Origin: Amoebophrya sp. A120
Taxonomy: Eukaryota; Protista; Dinoflagellata
Length of the DNA: 64,000 bases
Direction of reading: 5' to 3'
Assembly: GCA_905178155.1 (NCBI GenBank)
Contig: CAJINV010000002.1
Location: forward strand, 208,354-272,353
Shown here: piece by piece, positions 1 through 12,000 of the stretch
Position numbering within the stretch: position 1 is the stretch's first letter
Layout of the letters: each line of letters begins with the position of its first letter
Position numbers and translations under genes: made by a program
The notes under the pieces: model-generated
The model's database searches: none
What the model saw: only the letters and a program-made list of their open reading frames with translations
Told to the model about the DNA's origin: nothing

Positions 1-3000
1 TGCAAGATTGCTGCCTGACTCAGAGGACCAGCACTAGCTGAGGACGAATTCTGTCGCGGTTCTTGCGGTCTTGATCTTTGTGTTTCTGAGGAGGTGCTGT
101 TGTTTCCATTTTTACTGCAGTTATTTGTAGTTCCTGCTGTTTGTAGTTGACCAGCAACAGAAGTACAAGTAGAGGAGGAAGATGAAGCTGCTCCTGCTGC
201 AGCGTTTCTGCTGTTTCCTGTTGAAGGGCCTCCAACAACCCCAGGGGATGAGAGAACTACTGCAGGGGCGTTCGCGTTGTTCGCCAGCACGACGTTACTA
301 GCATTCGGATTCGCCGGTCGCGGCGGCTGCGCCATAGAACTCCCCGCCGGGAGAGCTGTTGCGGCCGTAGGAGCTCCCCGTGTCGTTGTACTACCCGCCG
401 GTCGTGTAGTAGGCGCCGCAGTTGTAGTAGAGATCATCGGCCGGGGGTACACAGATGAGGGTAAAGCACCACTGTTGCTTATCCTGAGTAAAAACGTACC
501 CACACCAGAGTCAAGATGGGGACTTTGCAACAGAAGCCTAGAACTTTTGGGGGTCACGCATCACAAATTGCAGTCCGTAGTGTAGTGCAGGTTCGCAAGG
601 CCAGCTGCATCAGAAATCGATCTGCTCATCCTGTTTACAGCATTACAAATTCCAAAACACGACTAAAAATGCCTCTCCTGGCGATGCGCATTACAAATGT
701 TCCTGTCATTGCAAATCTGCATGACAACTCTGGTGTGGGTAGGTTTTTGCTCAGGATATTGCTCGACGTAACAGGACCACGAGTAACAACACCCGTGTTA
801 CAACTTCCCGTCAACGAGGAAAGGCTAGTACTTCCTGGGGGGCCGAAGATACTGGTGTTCGGGAAAGTGGTCTTGCTCAAGGGAGCAAAGATGTTGCAGC
901 TCACGGGAGCAGGAGCCGCGGCGGCAGTGCCAGCGCCGGTTGATGTCGACGTCCTGGAAGTAGCAGTAGACGCAGCTGCTGCTGCAGTAACAGAAGTTGT
1001 ACCGAGATTATTGGCCGGCCTTCTACTTACGTTCCGCGAACAAGAAGTCCTATTCGACGGCGACCGGGCGGGAGACCGGTCCAGGGCAGACCCCGGGGCG
1101 TAATTCGGGCTGTCGAAATAGGTGGCGAGCTTTTGCGAGGGAGGCTGGGGGGCTTGAACTTGGGGCCCGGAGGCGGAGGCGGTGGTCCTGGTGTCAACAA
1201 CAACAGGATTTGTGGCAATATTGTTGTTCGCTGTTGCCGTGGATGTGCTGGAAGAAGGTGCGGGGGCCACGACGGCTGCTGCTTCATCTGTAGTGGGTGG
1301 TCGTGCAGGATGGGGAACAGTAGTGTCGTGCCCACCTTCGTCATTCGGGGCTGTTTCAGTGGTGTTCGAGCTCGTCGCTGTATTTGCGCTTGCCTCGTTC
1401 ATCGCGGTAGAGGGAGCGGAAGCTGTCTGTCGTGATGCTGTACTATTCGAGTCAACTAGTACATTTGTGGCATCATCATCTACCTTCGCAGCAGAAGACG
1501 CTGCAGGACCTCCTGCAGCACTAGCTGTCGCGACGTCAGCACAACTTCTTGCCCCGGTTTTGGCCTCAGTTGTGGAGGACGTGATCGCGTCTGGTTGAGA
1601 AGTTCTAACCGAAAATGGTCCAGCACTATTCACGCCCGGGGGAGGAGTATCAAATGTAAAAATGTCTGGGTCTGGAAGATTCTGAGATTTGTCATGCATG
1701 TTTTGCATGACCCAGGATGTCTGTAATGCACGGCCGCGCATCACAGATTTTGAGAGGGCTTCCTGATGCCTACTCCGCATGGCAAACGCCCTCCCCGCGT
1801 AGCACAAACTAGACTCCTCTTGCTGGTAATGCAATACAGATTTTTCTAGAGTCCAAAGTTACCATCACAAGTTCCAATCTTCCAGACCCAGACACTTTTA
1901 CATTTGATAAGGAGCCGCACTGAACAACTCTCTCGTAGAAATCGTCGTGTCTATGTTCATATGCATTGCAAAAGTATCGTATTCGTATAAATGCATTACA
2001 AATTTTCCCAGCATGAGAAATAAAATTTGTATTGCGGATTTACCTTGAGAAAAAGATTTGTAATGCATGACTGCAATACGAGTACGATACTTTTGCACAG
2101 GATAGTTCAGACTCGGCACCAGTCCGAAAACGTTTGTGGGCGAGGTTCTGCTCTGGGTCGTGGTGCCTAAAAGAGGACCCACGACCGCAGATGTTGGTGA
2201 TGGTGTCATGGTACTACTAGCGCCGGTATGTATTGCACCAGTAGTTGCACCAGCCGGAAGTAAGACTCTCCTCGACAGTGGCGTGATGATTTCGGCTTGT
2301 CTCTGGGCCGTTGCCGTTCCATTTGCATGCCCGTGCTCCTGAGAGGTAATACTAATAGCTGCACTTGCCTCCTGAAGATCTTCTTCCTTGTCATCTTCAG
2401 CTGGTTTCGATCTATTTTCCGCGTTCGTCTCATCTCGAACAGGTGGAGAAACGACCCCTACAGTGGTCCTTTCATCTGCGAGCGGCAGGACAAGATCGGG
2501 TTGTAGTTCATCTCTGTCTTCCACCGCTGCGGAGGGGCTGCGGGTTTGTTGTTGTTCAGGAGGCAAATGACCATTTCTGCCCGCGCCGCGACTAGTATTT
2601 TCAAGAGTTGTTCCAGAGCAGCGACGAGAAGACCTCAAAGTAGAAGATCGGGGCACGTTTGATACCTGCGCGGACGACCCGTTCCTATCATTGTGCGTTG
2701 GACTTCTTCTCTCGTCCCCGGCAGTTGTTCCGGGGCCCTGTTCGTCGGCTTTATCCTCGTTGTTTTCCGCGTCATTCTTTTCATCTCCTGCTTGATGTTC
2801 TTCAACAGGAGACACGATTCTAACATCATTGTCGCTTTCCCGATAAGTATCTCGACGTTTCCTTCTTCGCTTGTTCGTCCTTCTGGGGGGGAGGAGGTCT
2901 TCTTGCTGTTCAACTAGTACTGGCTCGTTGCAGCTACCGCCAGATCGCCTTCCCTCCTCTCGTCGTCCCTGTTTCCTGCTCTTGTTTTTCCAAAACTTCT

Positions 3001-6000
3001 GCCGTAAATTTCTTCGAGGGCGGGACTGCGGGGGCCTGGGGTTGTCGTCGTCAGGCTCCGCGCCGTTGTAGGAACCTGTTTTATGTATTGCGGATGAATC
3101 GTGTAGCATGACGTAGAACTTGCATCGCAATTTTTTTCAAACCTCAAAATAGGGAAGTGGTGCTTGTCATGCAAAATCAGGTAAAGATGAATCACGTGTG
3201 GGTCTGTCATGCTATGTAAGAGACTGATATAACTACGACAACTATGTTGATTATGATACAAGAACCTTTTCTTGACGCTAAATACCTGCTCTGGAGCTGC
3301 GAGAAGAAGACATCGATCGCGACGAACGGTTGCTCTTCCGCTGACTACATTCCCGCCGAGGCCCGCTCTCTTCTTGTCCACGTTTATCAGAGCCACCACC
3401 AGACTGCTGGAAATTCGAGCCGCTTATCAAATGCAAAAATGTCTGGGTCTGGAAGATTCCGGGATTTGTGATGCATATTTTGTATGATCCATGACGCATG
3501 TAATGCATGATCTAGCAGCACAAATTTTTAGAGGGCTTCCTGATGCCTTTTCTGCATGAGAAATGCCTTCTCCGCGTAACACAAGCCGGACTCCTGTTGC
3601 TGGTCACGCAATACAGATTTTCTTGGAATCCAAAGACAGCATGACAAGTTGCAATTTTCCAGACCCAGACATTTTTGCAATCCATACCGCTTGACCGCAC
3701 ACCACGACGCCCAGGAGATCGCCCGTATCCTGTGCAAAAGTATCGTATTTGTATATTAATGCAAGTCTTGCATTACAAATCTTTGTCTTAAGGTAAATCC
3801 GCATTACAAATTTTTTTTCTCATGCTGAGAAAATTTGTAATGCATTTATACGAGTACGATACTTTTGCAATCCATAGCCCGCGTGGTGGTTCAAAACTGC
3901 TTGCTTCCGATCGAGAACGACACGACCTGGAAGCCCTCCTGCTCCCAGAAGATGAAGGGGCTGCGCGCGAGCTATGACCCGATCCAACATATGCATTGCA
4001 AATATGTCTGGGTCTGGAAACTTGTGATGCAGGTTTGCGGATCACAAGGAGCAACCTCCAATTATATGGGGACACGCATGACCACAAGTTTTGGTTTTCG
4101 GGCGACTAGGTCTTGCATAAACTGCACGAGAAACTGCGCTTTTCGAATTACAAAAAAGCAGCGCGGTAGCGCAACATGCATCACAGATCTTTCTCTCCTG
4201 TTAGCGGAGCATTACAAGTCTTGCACGATCCCAGACCCAGACATATTTGCATTTGATACGACAGACGAAGCCGCAAATCGGGATGATGATCTTCCTGACT
4301 CAACAGAATATGGAGTTCTCAAATGTTACATTCTCAACTGTTACATGATTTGTCATGCAAAACTCTCATCAGTATCTACATCATCAAGCTGCTTCGCATG
4401 ACAAATTTCCGAAGGGCTACACAGCATCTAAATCTGTGTCAAACCTGTGATGCAAAAAGCGAAATCTTGCCCCTTGCACTTTTGCCATTCTTGCATTACA
4501 AATTCATGTAACAGTTCAGAATGTAACATTTGAGAACGCCATACAGAACCAGACCTCCTGCTTCGGCAGCTGCTGCTTCGGTCAGCACTGCATTGATCTT
4601 CGTCAACATGAGAGTTGTTGTCTTCTGCTTTTCTCCTCCGGTAGCTGCTGTACCGACCACTGGTGTCTACTTCCTCCTCCTCCTCGTAAGGAACCACCAC
4701 CGCCGCCGCGCTCCTGCCACGCCTGTGTTTTTTTCGAGAATCTTCACTGTCGCAGGAATTATAGGATTCGTTCCCGTAGGAGAATGAGCGGTCGTGGGCA
4801 CGATTTTTTTGTTGACCTGCTCTGTTTACTCGTTTAACGCGAGATCTCTTCCATTTCACCTGCGATCTGGCTCGGGAAGGCGTGCGAGAAGATAAGGATG
4901 ACCGGCTTGTCCTGGAATTACGAACTCTGCATCTGCTGGGGCTTCCATTGCCACTTCTGCTACTACCAGCATCGTCGTCAGCATCATTCGCCGAAGAGCT
5001 GAAACGGCCTTCTTGACTGATGTTCTCGTCCCTACTCTCATTGTCTTCGCGTTCTTCGCACCATCGGCGGTTTGTTTCCCGCTTGTTCTTTCGCCTAAGA
5101 TTCTTGCGCTTGTTGTGTTTCTTTCTTTCGAAAGCCTCGACGCAGCTTGAATGACTGCTAGAAGTGAAGCTTCCATGTTGTGCACCTCCAGCAGCACTCC
5201 TTTCCCTTCGTTCCTGCCTCTCCTTCTTTTTTTCTTCCCGCTGCAGCCTGTCCGCCCGTCGCAAAGCCTGCCTCGCTTCCATTTTCAGTTTGTAACTCGG
5301 CAACTCCCGGTAGTCCGCGGGGCAGGATTTGGCGTTTCGCTTGGTCGGCTGCCAGTCGTGGTCTAATCGGTAATATTCTCCCGCGCGCCAACCCAGTGCC
5401 CGGCAGTATTTGAAAGGTTTTTTTTTCGGATCCTTCACTGCGTCCTGCAGCATGCCGCAGTGCTCTTGCGTCAAATTGTCGAAAATCTGGATTTTCATTC
5501 TCAACTGTTCCTCTGTGATGGTTTTCGCGGTAGTCTTGATGCTGGTGGTGTTGATCTGCGACGCGGATGCATTTGCATTTCCGCTTCCACCAGTGCGACC
5601 CTCCTGCTCCTCCCTCATTTTCTGGGCCAACATGGTCGCAAACGCCTGCGACCCCATCTGAATCGCCAGAGGCACGGAGGGGGTCATGGGGCAAATCGAG
5701 GTCGCCTTCCCCAGCGGTTGCGTGTGAAGCAGCATGTTCCCCTTGGGGTACAGGGAAATGTGTTCGGCCAGGCAGCCCTCCCAAACGTCTCCGAACGGTT
5801 GAGATGAACCGAATAAGCCACGGAGTGTTGGGTAGGGTGGATCATCGTGTAGTTCCACCGCCTCGTCTTTATGGTCTGTCGCTGCGGATGAACAATCCTC
5901 ATCTGCAGCTGTCCGTACTTCTGGAGGGAGGAGAAGTTCTGTGTTGCTCGGTCGTGTTTCTACTGTAGTTTCAGCACGACAAGTTTCGTTTGCTTCATCT

Positions 6001-9000
6001 CCTTGTACCACAGCCGACGGGGCAGGAGGTGCGGACTGTTGGTCTTCGTGCGGAGTAGATCCTGCTTGTTCCGCCGCTGGTTCCTGCAAAGTTGTTGCTG
6101 GTTCTGGCGGCACTGGTTCCTGCGGAGGCGCTGGTGTTTGCGGAGATCCTAGTACATCTTCCGGCACTGGTTCCTGCGGAGATGGAGATGCTGGCCCTTC
6201 TTCCGGCGGGTGCTCAACATCTTGCGGACGTTCTACTGCCTCTACTTCATACTCTTTTGACCTTATCACACAGAAAAAAGCTGGCAGGGCATATTTGTAA
6301 TGCAAAAATAAATACACAAAACAGCATGCTAGGAGGCCACCCATGACAAAATTTTGTGTGTATATATTTTTGCATCACAAATATGCCCTGCCAGCTTTTT
6401 TCTCTGGGATAGACCTCTCCTCCGTCTTGTGCACGAGTTCGTCCTTCAAGCTCGGCCTCCTATGCATTGCAAAAGTATCGCACTAGTAGAAATGCAATAC
6501 AAATGTCCTTAGCATGAGAAATGGAATTTGTCATGCAGATTGGCCTTAATAAAAAGATTTGTATATGCAAGACTTGCATTTATACGAGTACGATACTTGT
6601 TTTGCACAGGATACCTCCCCTGCAGCATCAATTGCGTGATTTCGTGGAACGTCGGGTACGCAAAATACCGGGGCGCCGTATCCACCACGTCGTTAAACAA
6701 ATCCGATAGGTAGGCTTCTTCGCCACAAGCCACATCGTACCCCTGCCTCGCGGCGTTATCGTCTAGTTTTGGGTTCCGCATCAAATTTTCGTCAAAGTGG
6801 GAAAACCCCATCAAAAGGCCTAAGACCGTCGGGTGGAGGACGTCGTTATTATGCTTTTGTAATGCCGCGAGAATGTCCGGACAATATTTTTCCCCGACGA
6901 GATTGATGTGCTTCACGACCGCCTGGGCCATAAGCGCGCCGATCTCCCCATATCAAGTGCAAAAGTGTCTGGGTCTGGAACGGTGTAAACTTGTCATGCA
7001 GATGCTCCATAACCCATGAGGTCTGGAATGCGGGGCTTAGCATGACAGACTCTGCGAGGTAACTGCCATGCCTGTCCTGCATGAGAAACTTCCTTCCAAC
7101 TTGGTCAAAAGTGGGCAGCTTTTGGCACTCATGCAACACAGATTTTTGCATGCTTCAGATTTACCATGACAAGTTGCCGCCTTCCAGACATCCAGGGATA
7201 TTTGCAATTGATACCCCATCGTCGCCAAACATGTTTTTGTCGTTCCTTAACAAGACGGAAGTTAAGCAGCTGTAGAAAATTTTCACGTAGCCCGCGTTCC
7301 AGGGGTATCCTGAGTAAAAACGTACCCACACCAGAGTCAGGATGAGGATTTTGCAACACAAACCTAGGAGTTTTGTGAGTCACGCATGACAAGTTGCACT
7401 ATGCAGTGTAGTGCAGGTTAGCAAGTGCAGCCGCATCACAGACTCATCTGCTCATCCTGTTCACAACATCACAAATTCCAAAACACAATAGGAAATGGAT
7501 CTCATGGGGATGCGCATTACAAGTCTTCCTGTCTTTGCAAATCTGCATTACAACTCTGGTGTGGGTACGTTTTTACTCAGGATAAGGGGACCGTGTCAAT
7601 CATGTCCTGCGCCCGCTGTTTCAATTTCTCCGGCAGATCCGGCCACAACCGGAACATGACCTCCTTGTCAAAGGTGGCCAGATTCATCACTCCGCCGTGA
7701 AACCGCTGGCATTCCAGCACTTCCTCATACGTCCGTGGGTCTTCTGGGTCGTCGCCAAGCGCGGCGTATGACAGTGCACAACTCCCGATCCCCCTCATTT
7801 GTCATGCAAAACCCCGACTCCAAGCGCTGCTCTGTGGTATCGTTTGCATGACAGATTCCGGAAGCCCAAACAGTACTACGTACAACAGGCGCATGCAGTT
7901 GTCATGCACAGGCTCCACAGGTGGGGGTGTTTGTATTGCTGTTCATGCAACGCAAGTGAGGCGGGAGGGGGAGTTGTGCACTGTCATACAGCGTGCCACA
8001 GTGTCATATAATGCCGCTCGAATTCCACGGAGTGCCTCTTGTCGACTTTTCGGCAGTCGATTAGCATTGCGAGGGCCTTTCTGTCTTCCCAGAGGCTGAT
8101 TTCCAATTGCGTGAAATTTCTGGTAGGGAGTTGTGGGAGGTCCTGACGTTGTTCAACATTGGGAAGAACATTTTCTTCTTCTTCATCTTCTTCTTCTGGA
8201 ACCGTAGGAAGCTGCTGCTGCAGAACCAGGGTAGTTGTACTAGCAGCTGTCGAGGCAGATGATGGAGCGGAATAAATTCTGGAAGAAGTAGTAGACGACG
8301 CGCTGGGTGGTTCTATTTCGTGGCTCATGTCGTCTTCGTCAGTGCGAGTAGCAGTACCAGCATGATCGTCGTCGTGGTCCGGAGCTGCACTAGTAGCGTT
8401 AGCGTCACGTGCCGCTACAATTTCCTGCGCAGTGGGAGCGGGATGAACTGTGGGAGGTCGTGGGGGCGGATTGGTCGTTTGATGTTCCGGCATTGATGTT
8501 GTTCCTTCTGGAAGAAGATGCTGAACCGCTGCAGCGACACGTCGTTCCTCTTGCCGCTCCGCAGCTATATCTGCTTCGATGAATATGGATGTGTCAGGAT
8601 TGAAATCGACAAAGTTGAAATAGTTTGTCATGCATAAAATGCAGCCCACAATAAAGTGCCTGTCTTCCAGAGTAGGCAAGTGAGGCAGATTGCAAGCCTG
8701 CTAAGGGGTAGAACCTGAGCTGCTCAAGTAACATGGCAAAAGGCGTCTTCCTTACCCAAACAGCGCGACAAACTGGATTTCACTTCTACCCAAATTTGCC
8801 TTGCGCCACTTGCAAACTGGGCCACGACTGTTATCCATTTTGTGCATCACAAACTATTTCACCTTTGACGATTTCAATCCTGACACATCCATATCAACCG
8901 CGGTCCGGGACGCCTCGGCCCAGGCCCTCCCGTGACGTGCCATGTACTCTTCAATATCCGCAACCACGGATATTTCCAGTTCCTCCTCGGAGCGAGAGCG

Positions 9001-12000
9001 CGTCAGATCTTGTTCGATGAACTCTTATGCATTTTTGCAAATGTGTCTGGGACTGGGTCTGGAAGTAGAATGCAAGTTTGTCATGCTTGTCTGGGGCGGT
9101 GACTCTTAAATCTGTCATGCACGTTACCCAAGAAGAGCCCCATTGTTCTGTCATGCAGAGACGCAATTTCTCATGCAGAATAGAAGGGAACACCTAGAAG
9201 TAGCTCAGAAACTTTTCATGCTCAGCCAGCACTTGTGGCCTCCTCCTGATATTACGCCACTCAGCATCACAAGTTCTTTCCAGACCCAGACATATTTGCA
9301 GTTCATAACTCTGCATATCCCGCGGCCCGGGCCTCTTCGGCCCAGGCCTCCCCCTGCGCTAAGCCCTCTTCCAACTCAACTACGGATATTTCCAGTGCCT
9401 CGGCTACGGATTTCTCCAGTTCCTCATCGGAGGTACTAGAGCGACCCATATCTGCTTCGATGAACTCTTGCTATGCAGTGCAAAGACATCGCACTCGTAT
9501 AAATGCATTACGAAGTAGTTTCTCAGCATGAGAAATAAAATTTGTAATGCTGATCTACCTCAAGAAAAAGATTTGGAATGCATGATTGCAATACGAGTAC
9601 GATACTTTTGCAGAGGGTAGTACTTGCGGGGTATCAACAACAACGACATCAGGTTCGACGTTTTCCTGCTCCTCTTGCTCGTCCCGTTCCCCTTCCTCGC
9701 TTTGGTTTTGTTCGTCCTCATCACTACACGACCCTCTCCTGCACGTGTTGGTCTGTCGCCGTTTCCGGGACGTAGTAGTAGCAGCTTGTCCTGAAGTGGT
9801 AGTAGTCGGGAGTTGTTGGCCTTGTTGATGTAATATGGAGGGTTGTGGTTGATGTGCAGAAGAAGATGAAGAAGAAGATGAGGGCTCTTGCTGTGCCTGT
9901 GCTGAAGATGTAGTACTAGTTCCTGTTGTTGGCAATGGAGCTGCTGTCGCTGTTGTAGCTGCTGGTGCCGATTCTCCTAGTTGTGCAGCTTCTTGATGTA
10001 GTGGTTGTAGCTGTTGTACTGGTGCTTCTTGTAGTAGTACTTCTTGTTGTTCCACTTCCTCTTGTACGCCTTTGGCATCCGGAAGACCGTCTAGCGCAGC
10101 CGTTGATGGAGAATTTTCCGCTCCTTCGTGCTGGTGGGAACCTGCGGTCGTTGCTATTTGGCCGGGTAGTTCCTTGTCGGCTGCAAGTTCTTCCTGCCTC
10201 GCGGCCACCTTCACGAGGGTCTCCGTCATGACCCGCACGATGGCGAGCACCCGGTCATCGTGCCGGGACAATGGCCCTGACACCATCGTCCCTTCTGCCT
10301 CGGAAGCTGGTGCGCAGCTGTGTTGTACTTCGTTTGCATCGTCTTCTTGTTGTGCTTCTTCTTGTTGTGCTTCTTCTTCTTCTACTTCTTCTCGCAGGTG
10401 GCCTTCTTGTTGTACAACTTCTTCTACTTGTGCTTGTTCCTCGGGTTCATCATCCTTCATGTTGTTCTGCTCCCCAGGAGCATCTTCAACCTGCTCCTGC
10501 TCTCCCTCTCCTGACACCAACGTAGCTGGCTGTATATGCACTGCAGAAGTATCATACTCGTAGTCATTGGAATTGCAATACAAATTGAAATTCGACGGCC
10601 AGCATGACAAATGGAGTGTGTCATGCTGATTTGCCTCGGGAACGGGATTTCCATTTGTGGTGCATGGCAGCTGCAAGAATTTTTACGTACGAGTATCAGA
10701 TACTAGACTTTTGCAGTGGATATTCATCCTCCTTCAGTTCGTCCTTGTGGCAAATCAGGTCGAAAGTTTATCAAATGCAAAGATGTCTGAGTCTGGAAGG
10801 ATGCAACTTGTGATGCTATCTTGGGATTCGAAAAAAACCTGTATTGCATGACAGGCAAGAGGAGTCCAGTTTGTGCTACGCGGCGAGGGCATTTCTCATG
10901 CGGAAGAGGCATCAGAAAGCACTCTAAAAATTTGCGATGCTAGGTCATGCATTACAGGCGTCACGGGTCGTGCCAAATATGCATGACAAACCTGGCAATC
11001 TTCCAGACCGAGACATATTTGCAGTTGATAAGGTTCTCCCGGTAGCATCTCTGACCGTCGCAAAGACCACCGTGTCCGGGCTGTTCGGGTCGAGGGTAGT
11101 TGTACTGGTGTTCGTGTTCGTACTCGCCCCGTTTTCTTGATGCAGTGACGATCCTGATCCAGCTGTCGCTGTATGAAGATTGTTGTCCTGCTCTTGGCGT
11201 TGTAGGCTACTGGTCCTCGAGGTAAGATCTGTATGGATTGCAAATATGTCTGGGTCTGGAAACTTGTAATGCTAAAAGTGAATGGTAGGCGCACTGCAAG
11301 AATACGCAGCTACGCAGGACAAATTTTTTGGCTCCCATGTCTTACGTATTCCGCATGGCAAACTGCGTTTTTGCATGACAGGTAAAAAGGCCTTTTCGTG
11401 CCTATGCAACACAGATACACGAGTCATGCCAGACAAGCATGACAAACTTGCATTCTTCCAGACCCAGACATTTTTGCATTTGATAATCTGGTTGGCGAGG
11501 CATCTTCGTCAAAATCTCGCTCATTTCTTCCTCATCAATGTCCACGAACATGTGGTCTTCCGTATGCAACACAAATCTCCCGTACACGCACAAAACGCAT
11601 CACAGACTTCGCCGTAAGCTTAGAGCTTGTCATGCTGACATAGAACTGCAGATAAAGTTTGTGATGCAGCAGTCGCATTTTCCTGTCGTGTGGTGGGAAT
11701 TTGCTGTGGATATTCGGCAAGTGGTGGAAGGACGACGGGGCGAACCTGCTCCAAACTCGGCCGCTCCCTCATCAGGGTGGGAGGGTCGTTACTGGTTCGT
11801 TGTTCCCTTGGTCTTGATGTTCTTTCCTCGCCATCCGCATGATGTTCTTGTTCTCGACAGGTTTCTTGCTCCTGGTGATCCTTGATTTCCGTCGACTTGC
11901 TAATATCACGGCTGTTGCCCTCGTCGGAGGCAGTTGTGAGTAGCGAGGGAAGCTGCTGCTGCGGCTGTTGCTGTTCCACCGGTCGTTCTGGAGGACGAGC

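Noticed and set aside
3072-3267. GAACCT direct repeat as intron boundary (3076-3265)
   Set aside because: That junction needs an upstream frame containing a stop; the donor at 3285 fits.
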